Positions 13,997 to 24,400 of a stretch of DNA of 64,000 bases are shown one piece after another (positions within the stretch are counted from its first letter, which is position 1; the number at the start of each line of letters is the position of its first letter). Where the stretch lies: the NCBI GenBank assembly GCA_964387775.1, contig CAYLZO010000002.1:8003-72002 (forward strand). Reading direction: 5' to 3'. Made by a program: the position numbers and the translations under genes. The stretch is from an uncultured Anaerolineaceae bacterium (GTDB lineage: Bacteria; Chloroflexota; Anaerolineae; JAAYZQ01). A model generated the notes under the pieces. It was not told where the DNA came from and did no database searches. It saw only the letters and a program-made list of their open reading frames with translations.

Positions 13997-16623
13997 GGAC
14001 TCTTCCCCTTGCCCGGTTTCTGCGCCGTGAGTCGCCGGCCGATGGCGTCGAGTGCGTATTGAAAGCCGCTTTGCAGATCGCTGCGCGTCACCATGTCGCC
14101 CAGGTTTACGCCGAGCGTCACCAGGGTCTGGGCCACGTCGGGCCGGATGCCAACCAGGATCGCCTCGGCGCCCAGGAGCCGCGCAGCGCGCACGCTCTGC
14201 ATCAGGTAGTTGGCCACTTGAGTGTCGATGACCGGCACGCCCGTGATGTCCAGAATGACGACCTTGGCCCGGTGTTCCTCGACCCCCCCGAGCAGGGTCC
14301 CCAGGATCTGCCCCGCGCGGCGTTCGTCCACGCGGCCCACCAGGGGCACGACGATGACCCCGTCTACGATGGGCACGACGGGGCTGGCCAGCTCCTCCAC
14401 GGTGTGGAGCAATTGTGCCTGGGCGCCCACCAGTTCCTGGAGGTCGAGGTTCAGCAACTGCATGTCTTTGAGCAACTGAAAGTTCTGGAGGGCCAGTGCC
14501 GTCTCCTGGGCAAAGAGCTCGATGATGTGCAGGCTCTCGGCCGTAGGGCGCCGGCCGTCCTGCGGATCATCCAGGCCGATGATGCCCAAGATCCGCCGGT
14601 CCCGGCCGTAAAGGGGCACGTAGAGCAGGTCCTGGGGATGCCAGGATTCGGTTTCTTTGGCGCTCACGCGACTCTTGACGCCTTGCACGTGCTCGCGGAC
14701 CCAGGGGTCGCTCCAGGGCAAATAATAGCACTGGCCGATGCGGAACCGTTCGAATTCCTCGCCGAATCGCTTTTGCCATTCGCTGCCCGGCAGGAGGTTG
14801 GCCCGCAAGGCGGCTTCGTCCTCGGGGCGAAAGCCGGCGCAGACCAACTCCGTAACGTTCAAGTCTGCGTCTCGCAGCGACACCGAGACCCGCCCCCAGC
14901 CGGTCTCCCGGATGCCCTCGGCAATGATCCGGAGCTTGTCCGGCAGGACGTCGGTTTTCTGCACCTCCAAGACGACGCGGTGCAGGCGGGCCAGTTTGTC
15001 CCGCTCCTCGGCGGCGCTCCGGTGGGCCTGCTGGACGTCTTCGTAGAGTTGGGCGTTTTGCAGGCTAATGCCCGCCTGATTGGCGATGGCCGTGAGCAGC
15101 CTCATCTGCCGGCCAGAGAAGGCGTAGGGCTCATAGCTCTGGGCGCTGATCACGCCCAGCACCTGGCCCTTGGCGATGATGGGCGCACCGAGCCAGGACT
15201 GGGTCGGTGCGCCGATGACCTCCGGCGCGATGGGTAATTGGTCTCGCTCCATTTCCATGTTTCGGATCAGCAGCGGCTGGAGCGTGCTCACGACGTGGGC
15301 CGTCAGACTCTGGTGTCTGGCCAGGGGGCGGCTAAAGGCGGCCAGCCGCTCGCCCTGGTCGTAGACCAGCTTAAAATGCAGTTCGTCCCGGTCCCGGTCA
15401 TAGAGGGCGACGAAAAAGGCCCGGGTATCCATGATCTCGCCGGCCTGCTCGTAGATGGTCTGAAGGACGTGGTCCACGTCGAGGCTGGAGGCCATCACCG
15501 CGCCGATGTTGGAAATGCTCTCCATCTCCCGGGCGCGGCGGGTGGCCTGATCGAGGAGCCTGGCCCGCTGGATGGCGGCGGCCACCTGGGTGGCCGTGAT
15601 GTTCAGGAACTTGAGATCGGCCTCGCCAAAGGCAAAGGGTTCGTGGCGAAAGGCATAGATCGTGCCGATGGCCTGCCCGTCGACGAGGAGCGGCACGCCC
15701 ACGGCCGAGCGGATCGGGTCGGTGCGGCCGCCGATGTGGATGCGGCGGGGGTCGGTGTCGGCGTCGCCCACCAGGGTGGGTTGGCCCTCCCGATAGATCC
15801 AGGCGTTGATGCCCTGGTCGAGGGGAAACTCGAGGCCCAGCATCGATTCTGCCAGCGAACCCACGGCGGCCCGCACGCGCAGGGCCTGGCCGCTGGACGT
15901 CGCCAGGTTGATGAAACAGCCGTCAAAGTCCAGCACGTGGCCGACCTGGGAGAGGACTGTGGCCAGCATCTCGTCGAGATGGGTCGCCTGGGCCAGGGTC
16001 GCCGCGATTTCGTAGAGGGAGCCCATCTCCTCGGCGTGGCGCCGCGTCTGGTCCAGCAGGCGGGCATTTTCGATGGCTATCGCCACCTGGCTGGCAAAGA
16101 TAGCGAGCACGCGCACGTCGTCGCTCTGAAAGTCGCGCCCTTGGCGTTTGTTGCAGACCTGGATGGCTCCCAGGAGCTTGCCCTCGTGTTGGAGTCCAAC
16201 GGCCAGAACGGTCTCGACCTCGATCTGCCGGGCCATTTCGTCCAGGCCCAGCCCTCGGATCAAGGGATCGTTCTGGGCGTCGTTCACGAGCAAATAGGCG
16301 CCATTCTCCCAGATGTCGCGGATGGGGCTTGCTTCGTCGATGGGGACCTGGTAGTCGGCGAGGATCTCGTCGGAGACGCCCATGGCCGGGGCCTGGGCAA
16401 TCAGGGCCTCTGCCTCGGCGTCGTAAAGCAGGATGATGGCGATCTCGGCCTGCAGCAGCTGGGCGGCCTGTTCGGTCAACTGGTGATAGATGTCCTCGCC
16501 CAGGTGAGTGGCCGCGCCAAAGACGCGAGCCGCCCGCTCCAACGCCGAGATCTCGCGATTTCGGGCTTTGAGCAAGGTTTTCAATTTTTCACAATCGGTT
16601 GCCTTTTGCTCCAGGTCGCCCAT
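13993..16623 (-). CDS. RsbR-type STAS protein with four GAF-like domains
   Basis: 876 aa. Four GAF-helix motifs (ASQVAIAIENARLL, ATQVAAAIQRARLL, ANQAGISLQNAQLY, AQETALALQNFQLL), then STAS: ASPVVPIVDGVIVVPLVGRVD ... LDITGVPVIDTQVANY ... GIRPDVAQTLVTLG. Confidence 0.85.
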   Translation of the reverse strand: MGDLEQKATDCEKLKTLLKARNREISALERAARVFGAATHLGEDIYHQLTEQAAQLLQAEIAIILLYDAEAEALIAQAPAMGVSDEILADYQVPIDEASPIRDIWENGAYLLVNDAQNDPLIRGLGLDEMARQIEVETVLAVGLQHEGKLLGAIQVCNKRQGRDFQSDDVRVLAIFASQVAIAIENARLLDQTRRHAEEMGSLYEIAATLAQATHLDEMLATVLSQVGHVLDFDGCFINLATSSGQALRVRAAVGSLAESMLGLEFPLDQGINAWIYREGQPTLVGDADTDPRRIHIGGRTDPIRSAVGVPLLVDGQAIGTIYAFRHEPFAFGEADLKFLNITATQVAAAIQRARLLDQATRRAREMESISNIGAVMASSLDVDHVLQTIYEQAGEIMDTRAFFVALYDRDRDELHFKLVYDQGERLAAFSRPLARHQSLTAHVVSTLQPLLIRNMEMERDQLPIAPEVIGAPTQSWLGAPIIAKGQVLGVISAQSYEPYAFSGRQMRLLTAIANQAGISLQNAQLYEDVQQAHRSAAEERDKLARLHRVVLEVQKTDVLPDKLRIIAEGIRETGWGRVSVSLRDADLNVTELVCAGFRPEDEAALRANLLPGSEWQKRFGEEFERFRIGQCYYLPWSDPWVREHVQGVKSRVSAKETESWHPQDLLYVPLYGRDRRILGIIGLDDPQDGRRPTAESLHIIELFAQETALALQNFQLLKDMQLLNLDLQELVGAQAQLLHTVEELASPVVPIVDGVIVVPLVGRVDERRAGQILGTLLGGVEEHRAKVVILDITGVPVIDTQVANYLMQSVRAARLLGAEAILVGIRPDVAQTLVTLGVNLGDMVTRSDLQSGFQYALDAIGRRLTAQKPGKGKSP

Positions 16624-16633
16624 GTGTGTCCCG

Positions 16634-18844
16634 TTACTCGTCTTTCACTGCTTTCGCCACCGGAAGCGTAAAGCTGAAGGTGCTGCCCTGTCCCGGTGTG
16701 CTTTCGACCCAGATCCGCCCCCCGTGGAGCTCGACCAGGGATCTGGCGATGGATAGGCTCAACCCTCGTCCCGCGTGTTCCTGGACGAGGGGGTGCTCGG
16801 CGCGGAAGAACCGCTCAAAGACCAGGGGCTGGTCTTCGGGCGCAATGCCGATGCCGCTGTCAGACACCGAGACGGTGACCCAGTCGGGCACGCGCCGCTG
16901 CAGCCAGTGCCCGCCCTTGGCCTCCCCTTCGATGGCGATGCGGCCCTTGGGCAGCGTGTAGAGAAAGGCGTTGGTCAGCAGGCTGCTGAGCACCTGGACG
17001 ATCCGCTCTTCGTCCACGTACACGTCGGGCAGGCGCGAGGAGACCTTGACCCCCAGCTTGAGATTCTTGGCCTGCAATCGTTGCTCATAGGAAGACACCA
17101 GGGGCGCCACGATCTGTTTGAGGGCAATCGGCTTTCTCTGCAACTCGGTTTCGCCCGTTTCCAGGCGAGCGATGTCCAGCATGTCCTCCATCAGGGTGAT
17201 GAGGTACTGGGTGCTGTTCTGGATCTTGCGGACGCTTTCGACGTGCATGATGTCCAATTCGCCCATCGCGCCGGACAGCAGCATGTCGCTGTAGCCCTTG
17301 ATGGACGTCAGCGGCGAGCGAAGCTCCTTGGCCACCTTGGTCACGAATCGGCTCTGGGCAGCGTGGAGCTCGCGGGCTTCCCGGTAGAGGCGGGCATTCT
17401 CCAGGGCAATGGTCACCGAGCTGGCCACGTTGCTGAGGCGATCCATGTCGTCCTGGGTAAAGGGGCCATCGACTTTGTTGAGCAATTCGATGACGCCGAT
17501 GCAGCGGTCGCGGAGCAGGAGCGGGGCACAGAGGATGGACCGCGTCGTGAAGCCGGTCGCATCGTCCACGTGGTCGTAAAAGCGCTCGTCGCTGTAGGCG
17601 TCGTTTACGACGGCCGGTTGGCCTGTCAGGGCCACCTGGCCGGCCACCCCCTGTCCCAGCTTGAGGCGGATGCCGCGCAGCGGCTCGGGGTCGCCCAGCC
17701 AGTTGGTGACGAATTCCAATTCCTGCGTCTCTTCGTTCAGCAGCAAGAGCGCCCCGGCCTCGACGTGGAACATGTCCATGATCCGGGCGGCGATCAGGTC
17801 AAAGACCTGTTCCCGGTCCAGGGTCGAAGTCACGGTGCGGGTGATGTCGTAGAGGTAGGTCAGCTCCTCCACCCGGCCGGCCAGGGCTTGATCCGTGGCC
17901 TGGTAGGAGCGGGCGTTTTCGATGGCGATGGCCGCAAAGTCGGCCAGGGCCTGGAGCATGGCTTCGTTGTTGGCGTTGAAGGGCTGGCTGCGCGTCCGGT
18001 TTGCGACGATCAGCACCCCGAAGGGCTCGTCCTTGATCACCAGGGGCACCGAAAGGAGCGACTGTACTTGGTAGTCGGCCGCGATCTCGATGCCCTGGTC
18101 GCTCTCCCCGGCCTGCATCCGCAGGGGGCGCGAGCCGTGCAGCATCTGGCCGGCAAAGGTCTCTTTGAGGGGCAGCCGCTCCAGGCTCGATCTCTGGAGC
18201 TCCAGGTTCTTTTGGGTGCGCAGCTCGAGTTGCTCTGTCTGGGGCGCCAGCAGCCACAGGGCACTTTCCTCGGCCTTGGTGATAAAGACGGCGGCTTCCA
18301 CCACCCGCTCCAGCACCCGGTCCAGGTCGAGCTGGGCGGCGACCGACTTGCTGAGGCCAAAGAGGACGCTCAACTCGCGCACCCGCTGCTCCAGGTCGCT
18401 GCGGGTCCTTTTCAACGCCCGGTTGAGCCGCTCTTTTTCGCGCCGGAGCCGGGCCTGCTCCAGGAGGCGGTCAATGATGGCCTGGGCGGTGTCCGTGTCA
18501 AAGGGCTTGGCCAGATAATCCTTGACGCCCAGCCGGAAAGCGTCCACCACCACCCCTTCCGACCCGTGGGCGGTCATGAGTATGACAGAGCTGGTGATGC
18601 CGCGCTCCTTCATCTCCTTCAAGACGTCGATGCCCGTCATGTCGGGCAGTTGCAGGTCGAGCATGACCAGGTCGGGCTTCTCCGCGACGAGGAGATCGAG
18701 CCCGGCCTGGCCCGTGGCGGCAGTCAGCGTCTCGTAGCCGAACTGGGGCAGCATCTCTTTACCCAGGAAGGTCCGCAGTTCCTTGCTGTCGTCCACGACC
18801 AGGATGCGCCCGGCTGTTTCGACTCTTCCGGCGTCAGGAGCCAT
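16634..18844 (-). CDS. Hybrid sensor histidine kinase: REC - 2xGAF - HisKA - HATPase
   Basis: ILVVDDSKELRTFL ... DLVMLDLQLPDMTG (REC). Two GAF helices (AAIAIENARSY, SVTIALENARLY). HisKA (RSPLTSIKGYSDML). HATPase (GRGLSLSIARSLVELHGGRIWVES). Start placed at ATG 18844 with a GAGGAGG RBS. Confidence 0.85.
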   Translation of the reverse strand: MAPDAGRVETAGRILVVDDSKELRTFLGKEMLPQFGYETLTAATGQAGLDLLVAEKPDLVMLDLQLPDMTGIDVLKEMKERGITSSVILMTAHGSEGVVVDAFRLGVKDYLAKPFDTDTAQAIIDRLLEQARLRREKERLNRALKRTRSDLEQRVRELSVLFGLSKSVAAQLDLDRVLERVVEAAVFITKAEESALWLLAPQTEQLELRTQKNLELQRSSLERLPLKETFAGQMLHGSRPLRMQAGESDQGIEIAADYQVQSLLSVPLVIKDEPFGVLIVANRTRSQPFNANNEAMLQALADFAAIAIENARSYQATDQALAGRVEELTYLYDITRTVTSTLDREQVFDLIAARIMDMFHVEAGALLLLNEETQELEFVTNWLGDPEPLRGIRLKLGQGVAGQVALTGQPAVVNDAYSDERFYDHVDDATGFTTRSILCAPLLLRDRCIGVIELLNKVDGPFTQDDMDRLSNVASSVTIALENARLYREARELHAAQSRFVTKVAKELRSPLTSIKGYSDMLLSGAMGELDIMHVESVRKIQNSTQYLITLMEDMLDIARLETGETELQRKPIALKQIVAPLVSSYEQRLQAKNLKLGVKVSSRLPDVYVDEERIVQVLSSLLTNAFLYTLPKGRIAIEGEAKGGHWLQRRVPDWVTVSVSDSGIGIAPEDQPLVFERFFRAEHPLVQEHAGRGLSLSIARSLVELHGGRIWVESTPGQGSTFSFTLPVAKAVKDE

Positions 18845-21446
18845 CGACGGCCTCCTCTGAGGTGGGCAGCGTGAACCCAAAGATGCTGCCTTCGCCCATT
18901 TTGCTCTTGAGCCAGATCCGCCCGCCGTGCAGCTCGACCAGGGACTTGGTGATAGCCAGGCCCAGGCCGGTGCCCGATTGATCCTGCACCAGCGGGTCCT
19001 CGCTGCGGTAGAATCGCTCGAAAACGTGGTCGAGTTCGTCCGGCTGGATGCCGATGCCGGTGTCCCGGATCGTGGTTTCCACCACGCCGTCCAGCCGGCT
19101 GGCGGCGATGGTGATCTGCCCGCCTACGGGCGTGTAGCGGCAGGCGTTGCTGACCAGGTTGGTCAGGATCTGCACCACGCGCTGGGGATCGCCCAACACC
19201 CGGGCGCTTTCGGGCTCGATCTGGACCGCGACCTCCAGCTCCTTCTCCGAGACCAGGGTGGAGAGCGCCTCCAGGGTGTCGCCGACGGCCTCTTGCAGGT
19301 CGAGGGGCTCGGCCAAGATCGTCAGGCGGCCGTCGTCGATCTTGGAAATGTCCGAGAGGTCGGCCACTAGCCGCATGAGGCGCCGGATGTTCCTCTGGGT
19401 CGTCGTCAAGCACCGGGTCTGCTTCGCGGTCAAGGGGCCGGCCCGCTCGGCCGCCAGGAGGTCGGTATAGCCCCGGATGGCCGTCATAGGGGCACTCAGC
19501 TCGTGATAGATGGCCGAGACGAAATTGCGCAGTTCTTTGGTCCGCTCCCGGACCTTTTCTTCCAGCTCCCGGCTGGCGGCCCGGACCTCTTCGTAGAGGC
19601 GGGCGTTCGCGATGGCGACGGCGGCCTGGTTGGCCAGCGCCCGCAGCAGGTCGAGCTCCTGCCGGGCATAGATGTCGCCCGACCGTTTCGGACCTAGCAG
19701 GTAGACTCCGACCATGCTATTGCCGCTGACGAGGGGCAGTACGACGCGAACGTCGGCTTGTCCCCAGGCTTCCGGCAGTTGGTCGGCCAGGGTCTGGGCT
19801 TTGTCGCCCTCGCCATCCAGCAGCAGGATCTGGCCGGGACGGGCGAGGTTCACGGCCGGGCCGCTGCGGGAAGAAAAAGAGAGGTCCAGGGCCGGTGCTG
19901 GGTCTGCCTGGCTGCCGGCTGTTTGCGCTGGCAGGGGCTCGAAGGTGGTCTCGTCTTTATTGAGCACCAACAGCCACGCCCAAGAGATCGACATCTGTTC
20001 GGGCACGCGTTCGAGGAGGAGCTGGCCCAGGTGGCTGAAGCGCAGGCTGGTGCCCAGCTCCAGGCTCCAGCGGACGATGGCCTGCTGGAAGCTGACCTGC
20101 TGCCGAAAAAAGTGCCGGTCGATGACGGTCTGGATGCGGCGCCGCAGGGGATCGACCAGTATGCCGATGATCAGCGCCGAAACAAAGACCAGGAGTGTGT
20201 AGCCGCTGCTGCCGGTGGCCAGGCCCAGGGCCGTGGAAGCCAGGGTGATGAGCAGCAGGTAGATGGCGGCCAGGGTCCCCGTCAGCAGGCTATAGACCAC
20301 GCTGCGGTTGAGGACCAGGTCGATGTCCAGCAGGCGGTAACGCAGGATGGAAAAGCCGAACGTGACGGGCAGGGGCAGCAGGCCCAAGAGCAAGAGGACG
20401 CTGGTTTCGGCCGTGTGCAGCCTCAGGATCGTCAGGATGATGTCGATGACGTTAACCACGACAGCACAGCTCAGGCCGACCATGATCCACTGGATCTGGC
20501 GTTTCACGACGGGCTGGGCCGTGGTCGTATAGACGTAGGCCAGGCTGGCCAGGCCAAAGGCTGCGCTGATTCCCAGGTAGCCAAAGGCCACGTTGTTTAG
20601 CAGCTCGTACTGCGGACCGGCGTATTTCCCGGTGCCTCTGGCCACCGATCCGGCCAGGGTGTAGATGAGTAGCCCCATCAGGACCAGACCGGGCAGGTGA
20701 AGGAGGGCCGACCAGCGATTCCGCACAAAGGGCCGTTCTTCCGGATAGCTGAGGAAAAAGAGGATGGCCATGCCGGGCGTCATGGTGAGGGCGATGATCT
20801 GGACGTAGATGAGCGGGACGAGTTCTGCCCTGAACAGGGAAAAATACAAGCCCAAGGGAAGCGCGGTCAGGAAAAAGAGGCGCGCCGCTCTGCGTTCGGG
20901 GTGTTGAAAGAGCACCAAGACGCCCATAGCCAGAAAGGCAAAGGTGACGATGTTGCGCAGGAACAGAGGCAGCGCGGGCGGAGGCCCTTCAATCGAGGCC
21001 GGGAGTGTAAGTGTTTCGCCGTCCCGCGCCACGTCGATGGTAATTGTGGCGCCCGGCGCAAACTCCCTGAGGGCTCGGCGGTAGCCCATCACGGTGGAAA
21101 TGGGTTTGCCATGGATGGCCAGCAGTTGATCGCCCGCTTGAAAGCCCAATTCGCCGCCCAGGGGGCCAACCCCGGCAATGACGAGCGTTTCGGGATTCAG
21201 CCGGTCATAAACCTCGCGGCTGACGAATCTTTTGCTCAACTCGCCATAGATTCCCGTCCCCTGCAAGACCAGAAAGAGAGCCGCCAACACCAGGGCGCCG
21301 ACGCGAATTCGTTGCGCCCGCACCAGACCCCTGTCGTGCTGGATCTCGGCCGGGCTGTGCGGCTGCGTCCCGACTTTGGGAGCGCTGATGTCTTGGGTGC
21401 CAGGCGATGCCGACAGTGTCGGGGCCGCCCTCCGTTGGCGATTCAT
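18834..21446 (-). CDS. Membrane sensor histidine kinase: TM - PDZ - multi-TM - GAF - HisKA - HATPase
   Basis: 870 aa. PDZ-like segment GGELGFQAGDQLLAIHGKPIS ... ITIDVARDGETLTL lies between TM1 and a multi-helix hydrophobic block. GAF helix ANQAAVAIANARLY; H-box IYHELSAPMTAIRGY; G-box GTGLGLAITKSLVELHGGRIW. Confidence 0.8.
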   Translation of the reverse strand: MNRQRRAAPTLSASPGTQDISAPKVGTQPHSPAEIQHDRGLVRAQRIRVGALVLAALFLVLQGTGIYGELSKRFVSREVYDRLNPETLVIAGVGPLGGELGFQAGDQLLAIHGKPISTVMGYRRALREFAPGATITIDVARDGETLTLPASIEGPPPALPLFLRNIVTFAFLAMGVLVLFQHPERRAARLFFLTALPLGLYFSLFRAELVPLIYVQIIALTMTPGMAILFFLSYPEERPFVRNRWSALLHLPGLVLMGLLIYTLAGSVARGTGKYAGPQYELLNNVAFGYLGISAAFGLASLAYVYTTTAQPVVKRQIQWIMVGLSCAVVVNVIDIILTILRLHTAETSVLLLLGLLPLPVTFGFSILRYRLLDIDLVLNRSVVYSLLTGTLAAIYLLLITLASTALGLATGSSGYTLLVFVSALIIGILVDPLRRRIQTVIDRHFFRQQVSFQQAIVRWSLELGTSLRFSHLGQLLLERVPEQMSISWAWLLVLNKDETTFEPLPAQTAGSQADPAPALDLSFSSRSGPAVNLARPGQILLLDGEGDKAQTLADQLPEAWGQADVRVVLPLVSGNSMVGVYLLGPKRSGDIYARQELDLLRALANQAAVAIANARLYEEVRAASRELEEKVRERTKELRNFVSAIYHELSAPMTAIRGYTDLLAAERAGPLTAKQTRCLTTTQRNIRRLMRLVADLSDISKIDDGRLTILAEPLDLQEAVGDTLEALSTLVSEKELEVAVQIEPESARVLGDPQRVVQILTNLVSNACRYTPVGGQITIAASRLDGVVETTIRDTGIGIQPDELDHVFERFYRSEDPLVQDQSGTGLGLAITKSLVELHGGRIWLKSKMGEGSIFGFTLPTSEEAVDGS

Positions 21447-21451
21447 CGAGC

Positions 21452-24400
21452 CTACCTCTCCGATATGGCGCTCTTGATCTCGTCAACGAGCCCTTCGATG
21501 GACAGCGGCTTGGTCACGTATTGATCGGCGCCCATGCCCAGGACACGGACGCGATCCCGCTCCTTGTCCACCGGGCTGGCGGTGATGACGATGATGGGGA
21601 TGAAAAGGGTGGCTTCGTCCGATTTCAGGCGGCGGATGACCTCGTACCCATCTATGCCCGGCATCCTCAGGTCGAGCAAGATGAGGTCGGGGTGGCTTTC
21701 GGCCACTTGGTCCAGCGCCTCCCGGCCGTTCTTGGCGGTCCGGATGTGGTAGCCGTGGAAGGACAGCGCCTCTTCGAGGAATCCTCGGATGTCGGGATCG
21801 TCGTCCACGACGAGGAGGTGGCGTGGTGCGTCGTCGTCGTGGGGACGCAGCGCTTGCTCGATGCTTTCTAGCAGCTTTTCCTCGGCGAAAGGCTTGACGA
21901 CGTAATCCACAGCCCCTAACGCATAGCCCTTGTCTTTCTCGGTGAGGACTGCCGAAGCAATCACCACCGGGATCGGGCTGGTCAAGGGATGGGCTTTGAG
22001 CTTTTCCAGCACCACAAAGCCGTCGATGTCGGGCAACATGATGTCCAGGGTGATGAGTTGGGGCTGCTCTTCCCGGGCCAGCCAGATGGCGTCCTCGCCG
22101 CTGCCGGCCAGCAGCACCTGGTAACCCTCGAATTCAAGCTGCCGGCGCAGGAGCAGGGCCAGGTCCCGATCGTCCTCCACGACGAGGATTTTCGGGCGGC
22201 GGCTAATGACCGTCGTCGCCTCGGGGCTGAGCAGGTCGGGGTCCACGTCGGGCGCGTCGGCCGTCGCCAGGGGCAGGGTGAAGCTAAAGGTCGAGCCTAC
22301 GTCCACCTCGCTTTCGACCCAAATCTGGCCGCCCAGCATGTCCACGAACATCTTGACGATGGACAGTCCCAGGCCGGTGCCCCCCGCCTCCTCGACGACC
22401 GGGTCGTCCACCCGGTAGAAGCGGTCAAAGATGCGGGCCGCGTCGTCCTCGGCAATGCCGATGCCGGTGTCGGCGACGTCGATCCGGACGAATCCGTCCA
22501 ATTCTGTAGCCGACACGGTGACCCGCCCGCCTTCGAGCGTGTACTGCCAGGCGTTGGCGATGAGGTTGTTCAGCACCTGCGTGACCCGGTCTTTATCGCC
22601 GCGTACTTCGGGCAGCCCCTTGGGAACGTGGCACTCCAACGTGATGTACTTTTCCCGATACTGCTCCTGGAAGGCGAGTTCGACCTGGGAGATAATCTCT
22701 CTCAGGTCCAGAGCCTCGATGTTCAGCCGGATGCGCCCGGTTTCGATGCGCGAGATGTCGAGGATGTCGTTCACCAGGGCCGTGAGGCGGTCGGCGTTGG
22801 CCTTGATAATCTGCAAAAAGTTCCGCTGGCTGTCGCTGAGCCCCCCGGCCATGCCCAGGAAGAGCAGGTCGGTGTAACCCTTGATGGACGTCATCGGCGT
22901 CCGCAGCTCGTGGGAGACGGTCGAGATGAATTCGTTCTTGAGCCGCTCGATCTCCACCTCGCGGCTGATATCGCGCAGTGCCGCTACCACGCCGGGCGCG
23001 CCGCCGATGGCGGTGATGAGCGGCGCGAGGTTGACGGCCAGGGCCCGCTTGCCCGCTTCGAGGCGGACGGTGCTGGTCTCAAAGAGCCGGTCGCGGCTGG
23101 TCGGATCTTCCAACCGGTGGCGCAGCTCGGAGTAGAGGCCCTGGGCCAGCTCGCGCTGGGCCGGCGTCTCGCCCAGGCCCAACATGTAGCGAAAGTGGTC
23201 GCCTTCCAGCGCCTTGGCCGAGATGCCCAACAGCTCCTCGGCGGCCGGGTTCACCAGGAGCACACGGCCGTTGTGGTCGATCACGAGCACGCCGTCGGCG
23301 ATTGATTCGAGAACCGCCTGGTTCTTGGCGGCTTCCTCCTGCTGCGATTGGAGCATCGAGCCAAGCTGGTCGGCCTGGTCGGTGATGAAGGCATAGAGGT
23401 CCGAGTTGTTGACCGCCATCGCGATCTGAGAGGCCGCGGCGGTGACCAGTTTGAGGTGCTCCTCGGTAAAGAAGCCGATCGACGGGTGGCCCAGCGTCAA
23501 CACGCCGAGGATGTCGCCACCGCCCAGCGACAGTGGGGCCGCCAGGGCCGAGTGGATCTCGAGTTCCCGGCCCGGGATCTTGAGCCAGCGCGACTCCTCG
23601 GCAATGTTCGGCACCAGGACCGGCTCTCGGTGTTCGACCGTCCAGCCGGCCAGGCCCACGCCCGCTTTCAGCGGCGTGCGCTCGCCCACGGCAATCTCGA
23701 TCACTTCGGGCGGCATCTCGTCCTTGTTCCAGTGGACGGCGACCTCGACGGGGTTCAACGTGGCCCGCAGCTCGAGAAAGCGCGACTCCTGGTCGAGCAG
23801 CATGATGGTGCCGTGGGTCACGCCCAGGGCATCGGCAAAGAGTTGCAGCGCCCGCTCCAGGACCCGCTCCAGCTCCAGGGTGGTGCCCAGCTCGCTGGTG
23901 ATGCGGTACAGGGTCTCGACCCGGTCGCGCTCCAGCGTCAACTCTTCGAGGGCCTGCTCCAGGTCGCGGGTGCGCGCCTCGACGCGGTCCTCCAGCTCGT
24001 TGCTAAAGTCCACGATCTGCCGATAGAGCTGGGCGTTGCGCACGGCTGCCGCCGTCCCCGCGGCCAGCGTAGAAAAGAGGGCCAGGTCCTGTTCATCGTA
24101 GACCCTGTCTCGCGTGTAGTCCTGGATGGCCATCACGCCCACGATCCGGTCGGCAGCGACCAGCGGCACGCCCATCCACGATCTAGCCCGCTCGCCGACC
24201 TGGCCGATGCCATACTTTTCGTGGAAGGCCACGACCTCGTCGAGGCTGCGGAGCAAGATCGGCTCCCGGGTGCGGAGGATGTAGCCGGTAAGTCCCGCCT
24301 TGACGCTGTACCGGGCGACGGGCTCTCGCTCGCCATGTTCCTGGGCAAAGGCCAGGGTCCACTCCTCCTGGCCTTCCTGGTAGGTTGCGATGTAAAAGTT

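Noticed and set aside
650-16623. I looked for a sigma-B-type or ECF sigma factor gene next to the Rsb-like genes.
   Set aside because: No ORF on either strand shows region 2 or region 4 sigma motifs. The absence is reported as a finding rather than forcing a call.
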